Source: an uncultured Candidatus Saccharibacteria bacterium (GTDB lineage Bacteria; Patescibacteriota; Minisyncoccia; Minisyncoccales; MHMH01). From it: a DNA stretch of 64,000 bases. Where the stretch lies: positions 4,354 to 68,353 of the forward strand of contig CAZMQW010000002.1 in assembly GCA_964568775.1 (NCBI GenBank), in the 5' to 3' direction. Made by a program: the position numbers and the translations under genes. Within the stretch, counting starts at the first letter, position 1; every line of letters begins with the position of its first letter. Below, piece by piece: positions 56,387 through 64,000 of this stretch. The notes beneath the pieces are model-generated. The model did no database searches. It had not been told where the DNA came from and was given only the letters and a program-made list of their open reading frames with translations.

Positions 56387-58092
56387 TTTAAAAACTTTAA
56401 CAATTGTTTCAAATGGTAACAGTTGATGATGTCTTTTTTCTCGGCCCAACCTCTTCGGGCTTGGGCAATGCCGAATTCCATAAACTTCAAGTGGTTTTTA
56501 TTATGGGCATCCGTATTAATTATCATTTTAACCCCGGCTTCTTTCGCTTTTCTGATATTAACATCTTTCAAGTCCAATCTTATTGGCTGGGCGTTTATCT
56601 CTAAGATAACATTGTATTCTTTGGCCGCTCTTAAAATTTTATCGAGATCAATCTGCGACTCATCGCGCTCGCCTATTTTCCGACCGGTAAGATGGGCGAT
56701 GATATTAACGTACGGATTCTCCATAGCTTTAACGATTCTTTCAGTCATCTGTTCTTTCCCCATTTTAAACCTAGAATGAACACCAGCTATAACATAATCA
56801 AACTTCTTTAGAACTTCGTCTTTTATGTCCAATGAACCGTTTTCCAGAATGTTCACTTCGGCTCCTTTTAAAAGTTTGATCCCTGTTATCTTTTTATTTA
56901 ACTTATCTATCTCTCCCATCTGCCTTATAAATCTTTTTTCGTTTAACCCGTTGGCTATTGGCAGTTTTGCGTGGTCGCTGATGCCCAAGTATTCATGCCC
57001 CAAAGCCTTGGCCGCCACAGCCATTTCTTTAATTGTCTGTTTCCCATCGCTCCAGTCGGAATGGCAATGCAAGTTTCCTTGAATATTTTGGTAGCCAATA
57101 ATTTTTGGCAGTTTGTTTTCCAAAGCCGCCTCAATCTCTCCTTGGTTTTCTCGAAGTTCTGGCTCCATCCATTTCATGCCCAAGGCCTTATAAACCCCCT
57201 CCTCCGTCTGTCCGGCCACCAGTTTTTTACCTCGGAATAGGCCGTACTCGTTAAGTTTCAATCCTCGGCTGATGGCAATGCGACGAGTGGCAATATTATG
57301 CTCTTTTGACCCGGTAAAATACTGCAAAGCCGAGCCAAAGCTTTTATGCGGCACGACCCTGATGTCCATATCAAAGCCGGCCGCCATCCTGACCGAAGCT
57401 TTGGTATTCCCTTTGGCCCAAATTTTAACGACGCCGGGCAGAGAAACAAAAAAATCCATCACCTTGACTGGATTTTTAGAAATGACCAAAAAATCAACGT
57501 CGCCGATAGTCTCTTTCATCCTTCTCAAAGAGCCCGAAAAATTGACTTGTTCAACCTCTTTTAGTTCTCCCAATTTTGACTGAACTTCTCTGGCAATCGG
57601 CAATATATCTCCCAGAAGAAATCTGCCTTTACTCCTTTTTAAAAATTTGATGCCTTCCAAAATATTTTTTTCCGTCTTTTCGCCGAAACCGAACAAAGGA
57701 GCGATCTTATGGGCCCGGGCCGCTTTCTCCAGTTCCTTTAAATTCCTAATGCCCAGTTTTTGGTAAAGTTTCTGCGCCTTTTTCACGCCCATGCCCTCAA
57801 CCGCACTCATTTCTCCCAAATTGATGGGCGTTTTCTTTTTAAGCTGCTGATGGATTCTTATTTTGCCTGTCTTCAAATATTCCTCTATTGCTTTGGTAAT
57901 GCCCTTGCCTATGCCCGGCAGCCCTTCAAATCCTTTTTTGCCTTTGTTTTTATAAATCTCTGCAATGTCTTCTTCTAAGGACTCCAAAGTATCGGCCGCT
58001 TTCCGGTAGGCATAAGGCTTGAACGCCACTCCCTCCATTTCCAAATAATCGGCTATCTCATAAAATATTTTAGCCAGCTCCTGATTTTTCAT
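56383..58092 (-). CDS. polX: DNA polymerase X with PHP domain
   Basis: AYRKAA, GSLRR, GDVDFL (DxD), YFTGSK.HN, LNEYG; PHP HCHS, SDH, NTDAH. Confidence 0.95.
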   Translation of the reverse strand: MKNQELAKIFYEIADYLEMEGVAFKPYAYRKAADTLESLEEDIAEIYKNKGKKGFEGLPGIGKGITKAIEEYLKTGKIRIHQQLKKKTPINLGEMSAVEGMGVKKAQKLYQKLGIRNLKELEKAARAHKIAPLFGFGEKTEKNILEGIKFLKRSKGRFLLGDILPIAREVQSKLGELKEVEQVNFSGSLRRMKETIGDVDFLVISKNPVKVMDFFVSLPGVVKIWAKGNTKASVRMAAGFDMDIRVVPHKSFGSALQYFTGSKEHNIATRRIAISRGLKLNEYGLFRGKKLVAGQTEEGVYKALGMKWMEPELRENQGEIEAALENKLPKIIGYQNIQGNLHCHSDWSDGKQTIKEMAVAAKALGHEYLGISDHAKLPIANGLNEKRFIRQMGEIDKLNKKITGIKLLKGAEVNILENGSLDIKDEVLKKFDYVIAGVHSRFKMGKEQMTERIVKAMENPYVNIIAHLTGRKIGERDESQIDLDKILRAAKEYNVILEINAQPIRLDLKDVNIRKAKEAGVKMIINTDAHNKNHLKFMEFGIAQARRGWAEKKDIINCYHLKQLLKFLK

Positions 58093-58097
58093 AACTC

Positions 58098-58757
58098 TTA
58101 TTGTTTAGGCAAATCAGGCTCTTGGAATGCTTTGGCTTCCGGCACCCGGGGAGATTTTTTATTTTTGGGACAGATATCTTTATAAATCAAAAATGGCAAG
58201 AAAGCAGAAGCTAAGGCGAAAACTCCCACGCCGATAAATAAAACATTGAAGCCGAAAGTGCCGGCGATCAGCCCGCCTGCAGCTCCCGAAACAGCCGCCC
58301 CTATTCCGATAGCCGTGCTCCTGGTTGACCACTCAAAAGCTTCTTTGCCTTTATCGATATGACGGGTAAAGATGGCTGACCAGGCCGGAATATTCATGGC
58401 CATGCCTAAAGAATAAAACGCTTTTAAAAAATAGATGTGCCAGGGCAAAGAAGCAAAGATGAAACCAAAAGCTGACAAAGCAGCTAAAAAGTTGCCGATA
58501 ACGATGAAATAAATATCGTCTTTCTCGCCGTGGTTCTTATCCAAGTATTTACCGAAGGGAATTTGCAAAATTGATTTGACCCCCCAATAAACTGCCATGG
58601 CAAAGCCAGTTATCATAGCGGCTTCGGCCGTGTCGCCGACCGTAATTCTCTGGGCGATGAAAATAGCGAAGATTGGCGCAATAAAACCAAAACCGGTCAA
58701 TAGGGCGATATCGGACAGGGTTAAAACTTTGATGACTTTGTTGATGGACTTGAGCAT
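58098..58757 (-). CDS. Half-size MFS-like membrane protein
   Basis: About 6 TM; G.YLDK motif-A-like segment; 219 aa. Confidence 0.65.
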   Translation of the reverse strand: MLKSINKVIKVLTLSDIALLTGFGFIAPIFAIFIAQRITVGDTAEAAMITGFAMAVYWGVKSILQIPFGKYLDKNHGEKDDIYFIVIGNFLAALSAFGFIFASLPWHIYFLKAFYSLGMAMNIPAWSAIFTRHIDKGKEAFEWSTRSTAIGIGAAVSGAAGGLIAGTFGFNVLFIGVGVFALASAFLPFLIYKDICPKNKKSPRVPEAKAFQEPDLPKQ

Positions 58758-58761
58758 ATTT

Positions 58762-59769
58762 TTATTTGTTGTTCAGCCAGCCGTTAAGCTTCCTAAAAAG
58801 GAGAACCTGGAACAGGCTGACGCCCAGCTTAAGAAAGAAAATGATGCCGACAAATGCCATGAACAATTGAGCTCCCCTTTGAATAGTAGTAAAAGCCAAG
58901 GCAGTGCCAGTTTCCAGGCCCAAAGCGTTAAACGCGAAAAATTGGACCGTTTCATGGATTCCTAAATCAGCTGGAATGGGAATTATCATGGCGATGTAGG
59001 CGAAACTCAAAATGGGTAAAGCAACTAAAATACCGATGCTTTTGCCCAAAAACAGCACCAGAAACCAGCACCTTAACAAAGTGACAATCACTCTTAAGAA
59101 AGCCAGGCCCAGTCCTTGCCAGAAAGCTGCTTTTTTAGTCTTGAAATAGCCGAATGTTTCTCTTTCAATTTCAATAATTGCTTCGTTCGGCAGGCCCCGG
59201 CGATTGAAAAATCTGATTATCGGCCAAGCAATACTTTCCCGGCGGAAGCATTTGAAATAAAAAAAGCCGATGGCAATGGCAGAAACAAAAAGGAATCCTA
59301 TTAAAAATATAGCTAAGTTCCGCGGCGGCATCCCAATATTTGCCAGAAAGAAGCCGAGGCCGACGAGAATAGCAATAAAAAAAACAGTCCCTTCTAAAAT
59401 CTTATCAATCACCACGGAACTGGCTGCTTTTTTCCAGGGAACTTTGTATTTCTCTTTTAAAACATATGTTTTGAAGACCTCTCCGCCGATAATGAAAATC
59501 TGGAGAATATAATTTATGGTGAAACAGCTCAAATAAGGGCCGATCAGCTGTTTCATTGACAATCTCTGCCCCTGGCTTTTCAAAATCACCTGCCATTTCA
59601 AAGCTCCAACCCAAAGCATTAAAAAAGTCAGCGCTAAAATCACTAGTCCTTGCCAGCCGGTAAAAATCGAAAAGGCTGACTTGATCTCTTGCCAACCGAC
59701 TAGCTTGATAATCCAGGTTAAAAGCCCGACACCAACGAATAAAGAGATGAAAAAATTGAGAATTTTCAT
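58762..59769 (-). CDS. LPG-synthase TM / flippase-like protein (UPF0104)
   Basis: KW..IL, GGE..K, DK..E, P...G..E, R motifs. Confidence 0.8.
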   Translation of the reverse strand: MKILNFFISLFVGVGLLTWIIKLVGWQEIKSAFSIFTGWQGLVILALTFLMLWVGALKWQVILKSQGQRLSMKQLIGPYLSCFTINYILQIFIIGGEVFKTYVLKEKYKVPWKKAASSVVIDKILEGTVFFIAILVGLGFFLANIGMPPRNLAIFLIGFLFVSAIAIGFFYFKCFRRESIAWPIIRFFNRRGLPNEAIIEIERETFGYFKTKKAAFWQGLGLAFLRVIVTLLRCWFLVLFLGKSIGILVALPILSFAYIAMIIPIPADLGIHETVQFFAFNALGLETGTALAFTTIQRGAQLFMAFVGIIFFLKLGVSLFQVLLFRKLNGWLNNK

Positions 59770-59975
59770 TATTCAGCCAATTTGTTTAACTCTTCTAATA
59801 ATTTCTTTTCGTCCAACATATTAGCTTTGACCAGCTGTTCAATCGTTTCCGATTGCGCCAAAGGACAGCCGGCACAGTGTAGCCCGTAGTTCATAAAAAT
59901 AACGGCTGTCTTGGGATATTTCTTCAATATCTCATCAACCGTCATCTCCTTTGTGATTTTTGGAGTTTTAACCAT
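59769..59975 (-). CDS. DUF1858 domain protein
   Basis: IT.EMTV.EI..KYP, GLHCAGCP....ET; start at MVKTP. Confidence 0.85.
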   Translation of the reverse strand: MVKTPKITKEMTVDEILKKYPKTAVIFMNYGLHCAGCPLAQSETIEQLVKANMLDEKKLLEELNKLAE

Positions 59976-60008
59976 ATGTTTTATTATCATATCATTATCT
60001 TCGGAAAT

Positions 60009-60036
60009 AAAAAGGGCCATACTCTATAATATGGCC
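60009..60036 (-). terminator. Intrinsic terminator
   Basis: Minus strand GGCCATA-TTATAGAG-TATGGCC-CTTTTT. Confidence 0.6.
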
Positions 60037-60146
60037 TGGATTATTTGTCATGGCTTCTATACGAAATAAAATAGTTCATCTAGCGATCTATCAAAGAAGC
60101 CCGGCGTACGCCGACAAAAAATTTTCCATTGATCCTACGCTTACCA

Positions 60147-60620
60147 CTATTTAAACGGCTTTATTTTCTTTATTTTATAGATAGTTTTAACCGGTGAAGG
60201 AATAACGATTTTATCTCCCGGCTGATGGCCCAAAAGAGCTTTCCCGACCGGCGATTCATCGGAAATCCGGCCGATGGACGGATTGGCTTCCAGGTGACCG
60301 AGGACGGTAAACTCATTATCCTGGCCGTCAACCGAAACCAAAACAGTAGCGCCCAAATGCACCGTATTTTGTTTTCTTTTGACGGGGGGTTTGATGATTT
60401 TGCTGTTTTTCAAAATATATTCAAGCTTGGTCAGTTTTGATTCCAATAAACCTAAATCTTCTTGAAAAGCAGCGTATTCGGGATCCAACTCGTCGGAATT
60501 GATAACCTTGGATGATTCTCCTTTTGTTTTAGCCAGCTTTAATTTCTCAAGATATTCATACTCCCGTTTGATTTTTTCCAGCCCTTCTTTAGTCAGATAA
60601 AAAGTTTTTTTCTCCGGCAT
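60147..60620 (-). CDS. GreA/GreB family factor with a divergent tip
   Basis: LT.EG..K, EY, V.LGATV, EANP..G.IS.ESPVGKALLG. Confidence 0.88.
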   Translation of the reverse strand: MPEKKTFYLTKEGLEKIKREYEYLEKLKLAKTKGESSKVINSDELDPEYAAFQEDLGLLESKLTKLEYILKNSKIIKPPVKRKQNTVHLGATVLVSVDGQDNEFTVLGHLEANPSIGRISDESPVGKALLGHQPGDKIVIPSPVKTIYKIKKIKPFK

Positions 60621-60799
60621 AAAATTACAAATCCCCTTGACTTGGGGGATTAACTGATTTCTTGAATTAATATTTGTTAACCTCCTCAGCAGACTAGTTT
60701 ACCAAATGCTAAAACGCCCCAAATATTTTCAAATTGACCGATTTTCTCTTGATATTCTTTTAACATTGCTGTTAGCTTATTTTAGGAAAAATAAGGGTA

Positions 60800-60828
60800 T
60801 TGTCAAGGCCGGCGAGAAAACCTAAAAT
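60800..60828 (+). promoter_or_regulatory. rtcA promoter TTGTCA-17 bp-TAAAAT
   Basis: Near-consensus hexamers, 13 nt before the ATG at 60842. Confidence 0.6.
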
Positions 60829-60841
60829 AAAGAATACATTC

Positions 60842-61867
60842 ATGATTGAAGTCGACGGTTCATATTTAGAGGGGGACGGACAGATTTTAAGAACAGCTGT
60901 CTCTCTAGCGGCAGTTACCAAACAGTCCTGCCGTGTTTTTGATATTAGAAAGGGCCGGCCCGAACCTGGTTTGAGGCCGCAGCACCTTTTGGGTATTAGG
61001 GCCTTAAACGAATTTGCCAAAGGCAACTTAGAAGGGGATGAGTTAGATTCAACTGAAATTAAATTCTCCCCCGGCGATATTGAGCAAAGTTTAACCTCGC
61101 TTAACATTAAAATTGAAACAGCCGACAGCATCACTCTAGTGCTGCAAGCGTTAATTTTGCCGGCTTTATTCGCTCCCTCGCCTGTCAAAATAGTTTTTGA
61201 CGGCGGGGCAACTGACACTTTTTTCTCACCGACGATTGATTACTCCCGTTATGTCTTAATGGAAACCTTAAGAAAGTTGGGGGTTAAAATGGAAATAAAC
61301 ATTTTAAAAAGAGGCTACTATCCGGCTGGCGGAGCAAAGGTTGAGATAACTGTTTTCCCTGCCAAACTGAAAAATATTAACTTAACCGAGCGAGGACAAT
61401 TAAAAAGAATCCTGGCTATCTCTGGAGCTGCCCTATCGCTTAAAGAGAAAAAAGTGGCTGAAAGACAACTGGCCGGGGTAAGAGAAGTTTTGGGAAAATT
61501 AAAGCTGCCTCTTGAGGAAAAAGCAGAATATTACCAGGCCCAATCGCCCGGCAGCCAGATTTGCCTGATAGCTGAATTTGAAAATACAATCATCGGCACT
61601 GACAACCTGGGCAAGCTGGGTAAAAGAGCAGAAGACATCGGGAAAGAAGCGGCTTTGGAGCTTTTAAAGGAACAAAAAAGCCAAGCAGTATTAGATAAGC
61701 ACTTGGCTGATCAAATTTTACCTTATCTGGCTTTGGCTCCGGGCAAATCACAGGTTACTGTTTCGGAAATAACCAATCATTGTAAGATTAATATCTGGGT
61801 GATTGAAAAATTCGTAAAAGGGAAATTCAAAATAGCCGGTCAGCAAATATCCTATTCAGCAAGTTAA
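60842..61867 (+). CDS. rtcA: RNA 3'-terminal phosphate cyclase
   Basis: DGS..EG.GQILR, R..PGLRPQH, GYYP.GG, DKHLADQ catalytic His. Confidence 0.93.
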   Translation: MIEVDGSYLEGDGQILRTAVSLAAVTKQSCRVFDIRKGRPEPGLRPQHLLGIRALNEFAKGNLEGDELDSTEIKFSPGDIEQSLTSLNIKIETADSITLVLQALILPALFAPSPVKIVFDGGATDTFFSPTIDYSRYVLMETLRKLGVKMEINILKRGYYPAGGAKVEITVFPAKLKNINLTERGQLKRILAISGAALSLKEKKVAERQLAGVREVLGKLKLPLEEKAEYYQAQSPGSQICLIAEFENTIIGTDNLGKLGKRAEDIGKEAALELLKEQKSQAVLDKHLADQILPYLALAPGKSQVTVSEITNHCKINIWVIEKFVKGKFKIAGQQISYSAS

Positions 61868-62218
61868 ATAGAAGAGGCCGATAACTCTCTCCTGCTCCCC
61901 TTCCTCTTCTTCTGATTCTTCTTTCCTGATGTTAAAGGTTTTGGTCGCCTGCTCGGTCCTGTCAATAATCAACTCGATGCCGCGGGATTTGATTTCCCGG
62001 CGGGCTTCCTCGGTCACTTGGGCAGAGCCTGTCTCACCAGTGCCGATAACAATGGTCTGGGGATTTTCAGCTAAAGCTCTTTTGACGTCCTCAACGTCAA
62101 TAATATGAGATTCGTCCCTTGACCAATCTAAAATTTCATCGGTCCATCTAATTTCAACATCGTTATGATAGGTTTGGCCGTCAATGACAATGGACCCAAA
62201 TTTATATTCTTCAATCAT
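61856..62218 (-). CDS. Mth938/DUF498-like domain protein
   Basis: Y.FG.I.IDG, IVIGTG, T..A..TFN, C-terminal LTC. Confidence 0.85.
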   Translation of the reverse strand: MIEEYKFGSIVIDGQTYHNDVEIRWTDEILDWSRDESHIIDVEDVKRALAENPQTIVIGTGETGSAQVTEEARREIKSRGIELIIDRTEQATKTFNIRKEESEEEEGEQERVIGLFYLTC

Positions 62219-63462
62219 ACCAAAGTTCCCTGCTTAGACAGGGCTTTTTGTTCGCCTTGAGAAAAAATCTTAATCTGGCCGTAAACCCCGTCGTAACCGG
62301 GCGTAATAAATACTTTACCTTCTCTGACCCTGGCAATACCTTCGGCAATCTCGGGCAGGGTAGCGGCGGCCAGATCTTCTTTAGCCACATCAAGTAGAAT
62401 GTTGAATTCATTGCCAAGCTTCTTGATTAAGTTTTTGTATTCCTCGCCGACCCGCTTGCTGGCAACGGTAACGCCCAAGCTTTCAGCAATGATTTCATTT
62501 AAAGGAATCAAGCTTTTAAAGGGAATGGCTCTTTCCGGCTTGAAACCGGGTTTTCTATCGGCCAGGGAATCTATCCGGTTCATAACCCCGATAGTCAACG
62601 GCCGGCCGCAGGTCGGACAAGTATTGTTGTATTTTTTTGATTCCTGGGGCGACAAACGAACATCGCAGTTGCGGTGGCCGTCGTAATGATATTTGCCTTC
62701 TTCAGGAAAGAATTCGATAGTGTAGAGAAACTCTTTTGGGTCTCCTTGTTTAATTGCTTCGGTAATAGCGCCATAACTCATCTCAATATCAAAAACATTG
62801 GCCTCCCGGCCTATCTTTTGGGGACTGTGGGCGTCGGAATTGCTGATTAAGGTAATTTTATCCAAAGCGGAAAGCCGCCAGTTCATCGGCGGATCGGAAC
62901 TTAAGCCAGTTTCAATTGCATAGATATGTTTTGAATATTCTTCAAAACATTCCTCAATAGAATCAAAGCCGGACTTTGAACCGAAGATGGAAAACCAAGG
63001 CGTCCAAGCATGAGCCGGCACAACCAAGCAGTCTTTTGAGGCGCCCAAAGCGATCTTGGCCAATTCTTTAGCGTCCAGACCCAAGATCGGCCGGCCGTCT
63101 GACTTTAAATTACCAATCCAACCCAAATGCGCGTTAATCTTGTCGACCACCCCAAAAGAAGGAGCAAAAATAATAATATGAATTTTCCTGACCCGGTTAT
63201 TTTTAGAATAAATGCAACTAATTTCTGAAGTTAAAATAAAACGCGTCGCCCCGTCGCCGTTTTTTATCTTAAACAAGCCCGGTTCGGCCGGAGTTAATTT
63301 TTCTTTAAGAGATTTAAACCATTCGGGATGAGTAAAGTCACCCGTTCCCAAAACATTAATCCCTTTAATTTTGGCCCATTTATCCAAACTCTCCAAATTC
63401 ATATCTTTGGAGGTGGCCCGGGAATATTTGGAATGTAAATGGAAATCGGCGATGAATTTCAT
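62215..63462 (-). CDS. Endonuclease Q family protein (PHP + Zn finger)
   Basis: DFHLHSKYS, GTGDFTHP, PAHAWTP, NSDAHS, GKYH, CPTCG, PGYDGVYG. Confidence 0.9.
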   Translation of the reverse strand: MKFIADFHLHSKYSRATSKDMNLESLDKWAKIKGINVLGTGDFTHPEWFKSLKEKLTPAEPGLFKIKNGDGATRFILTSEISCIYSKNNRVRKIHIIIFAPSFGVVDKINAHLGWIGNLKSDGRPILGLDAKELAKIALGASKDCLVVPAHAWTPWFSIFGSKSGFDSIEECFEEYSKHIYAIETGLSSDPPMNWRLSALDKITLISNSDAHSPQKIGREANVFDIEMSYGAITEAIKQGDPKEFLYTIEFFPEEGKYHYDGHRNCDVRLSPQESKKYNNTCPTCGRPLTIGVMNRIDSLADRKPGFKPERAIPFKSLIPLNEIIAESLGVTVASKRVGEEYKNLIKKLGNEFNILLDVAKEDLAAATLPEIAEGIARVREGKVFITPGYDGVYGQIKIFSQGEQKALSKQGTLV

Positions 63463-64000
63463 TTATTTCGCGAAAATACAATAAAAAACCTCAAAGAAAA
63501 TACCTATAACTAATAAAACCGGCAAAAGGTATAATAGGCGGTGCATTTTTTGTGATTTTCTCTTTAAAAATTCCTTGTAAATCAACACAACCACTGTACC
63601 GGCCAACCCGACGCCCACGGCTCCGGCCAAGCCAATAATATCGATAAATTCTTTAAACCCGAGCAAAAACAAACCTAACGGCAGAAAACAAGCGATAAGC
63701 CAAGAGACATTCTTTGATACGCCCATATCATACCAAAACATCTTTTTCAAAACCAAGCCCAAGGTGATAAAAGAAGTAAAACAGGTAATCATACCGAAAA
63801 CAAAACCAAGATTAATAATACCGTTTCCTAAAACCTGGTAAAATCCTGACATAGCTTCTTTGGAAGTGTTAAAGCCTGTTGCCCCAAAAATAGTTACCAC
63901 AAAAAACAGATAAGTGATAGTGGCTAAAGAAATCCCAACAACAATCGCTCTTCTCAAAAGCTTCCTATTCCCACCCAATATTTCTTTCATTTCCGGCACC
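63463..64000 (-). CDS. Aromatic amino acid permease-like transporter (5' end outside window)
   Basis: Multi-TM C-terminal half; TSFI.LG..L motif. Confidence 0.65.
   Translation of the reverse strand, partial: VPEMKEILGGNRKLLRRAIVVGISLATITYLFFVVTIFGATGFNTSKEAMSGFYQVLGNGIINLGFVFGMITCFTSFITLGLVLKKMFWYDMGVSKNVSWLIACFLPLGLFLLGFKEFIDIIGLAGAVGVGLAGTVVVLIYKEFLKRKSQKMHRLLYLLPVLLVIGIFFEVFYCIFAK

Noticed and set aside
1-64000. CRISPR array, transposase, prophage or UGA recoding
   Set aside because: No regular repeat-spacer pattern or mobile genes seen; conserved genes such as smpB end properly at TGA

Overview
Gene-dense, AT-rich bacterial chromosome segment, mostly minus-strand, read in genetic code 11 (TGA is used as stop). 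Trimmed housekeeping proteins, few SD motifs and several archaeal-type enzymes suggest Patescibacteria/CPR, probably Parcubacteria (inference). Contents: iscS-iscU; a six-gene glycan/glycolipid locus; comEC; nrdDG; ftsAZ; six aminoacyl-tRNA synthetases; a mini-Mfd; topA; rel; parA; tRNA-Leu(CAA); tsaCD; glmS-iorAB-yvcK-glmU-like; smpB-tmRNA-infC-rpmI-rplT; a Cys-less PurF-like gene; and repair genes (PolX, MGMT, NUDIX, RtcA, EndoQ). I found no mobile element or CRISPR array. Most unusual signals: a tmRNA lacking pseudoknot 1, with a hairpin over the resume site; a histidine-phosphatase domain inserted in IleRS; the synthase+hydrolase glycan operon; ParA followed by a stand-alone ParB-like N-terminal peptide; a tailless FtsZ; and an unexplained structured intergenic element downstream of the greA-like gene. 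All calls come from motif reading only, with no database searches.
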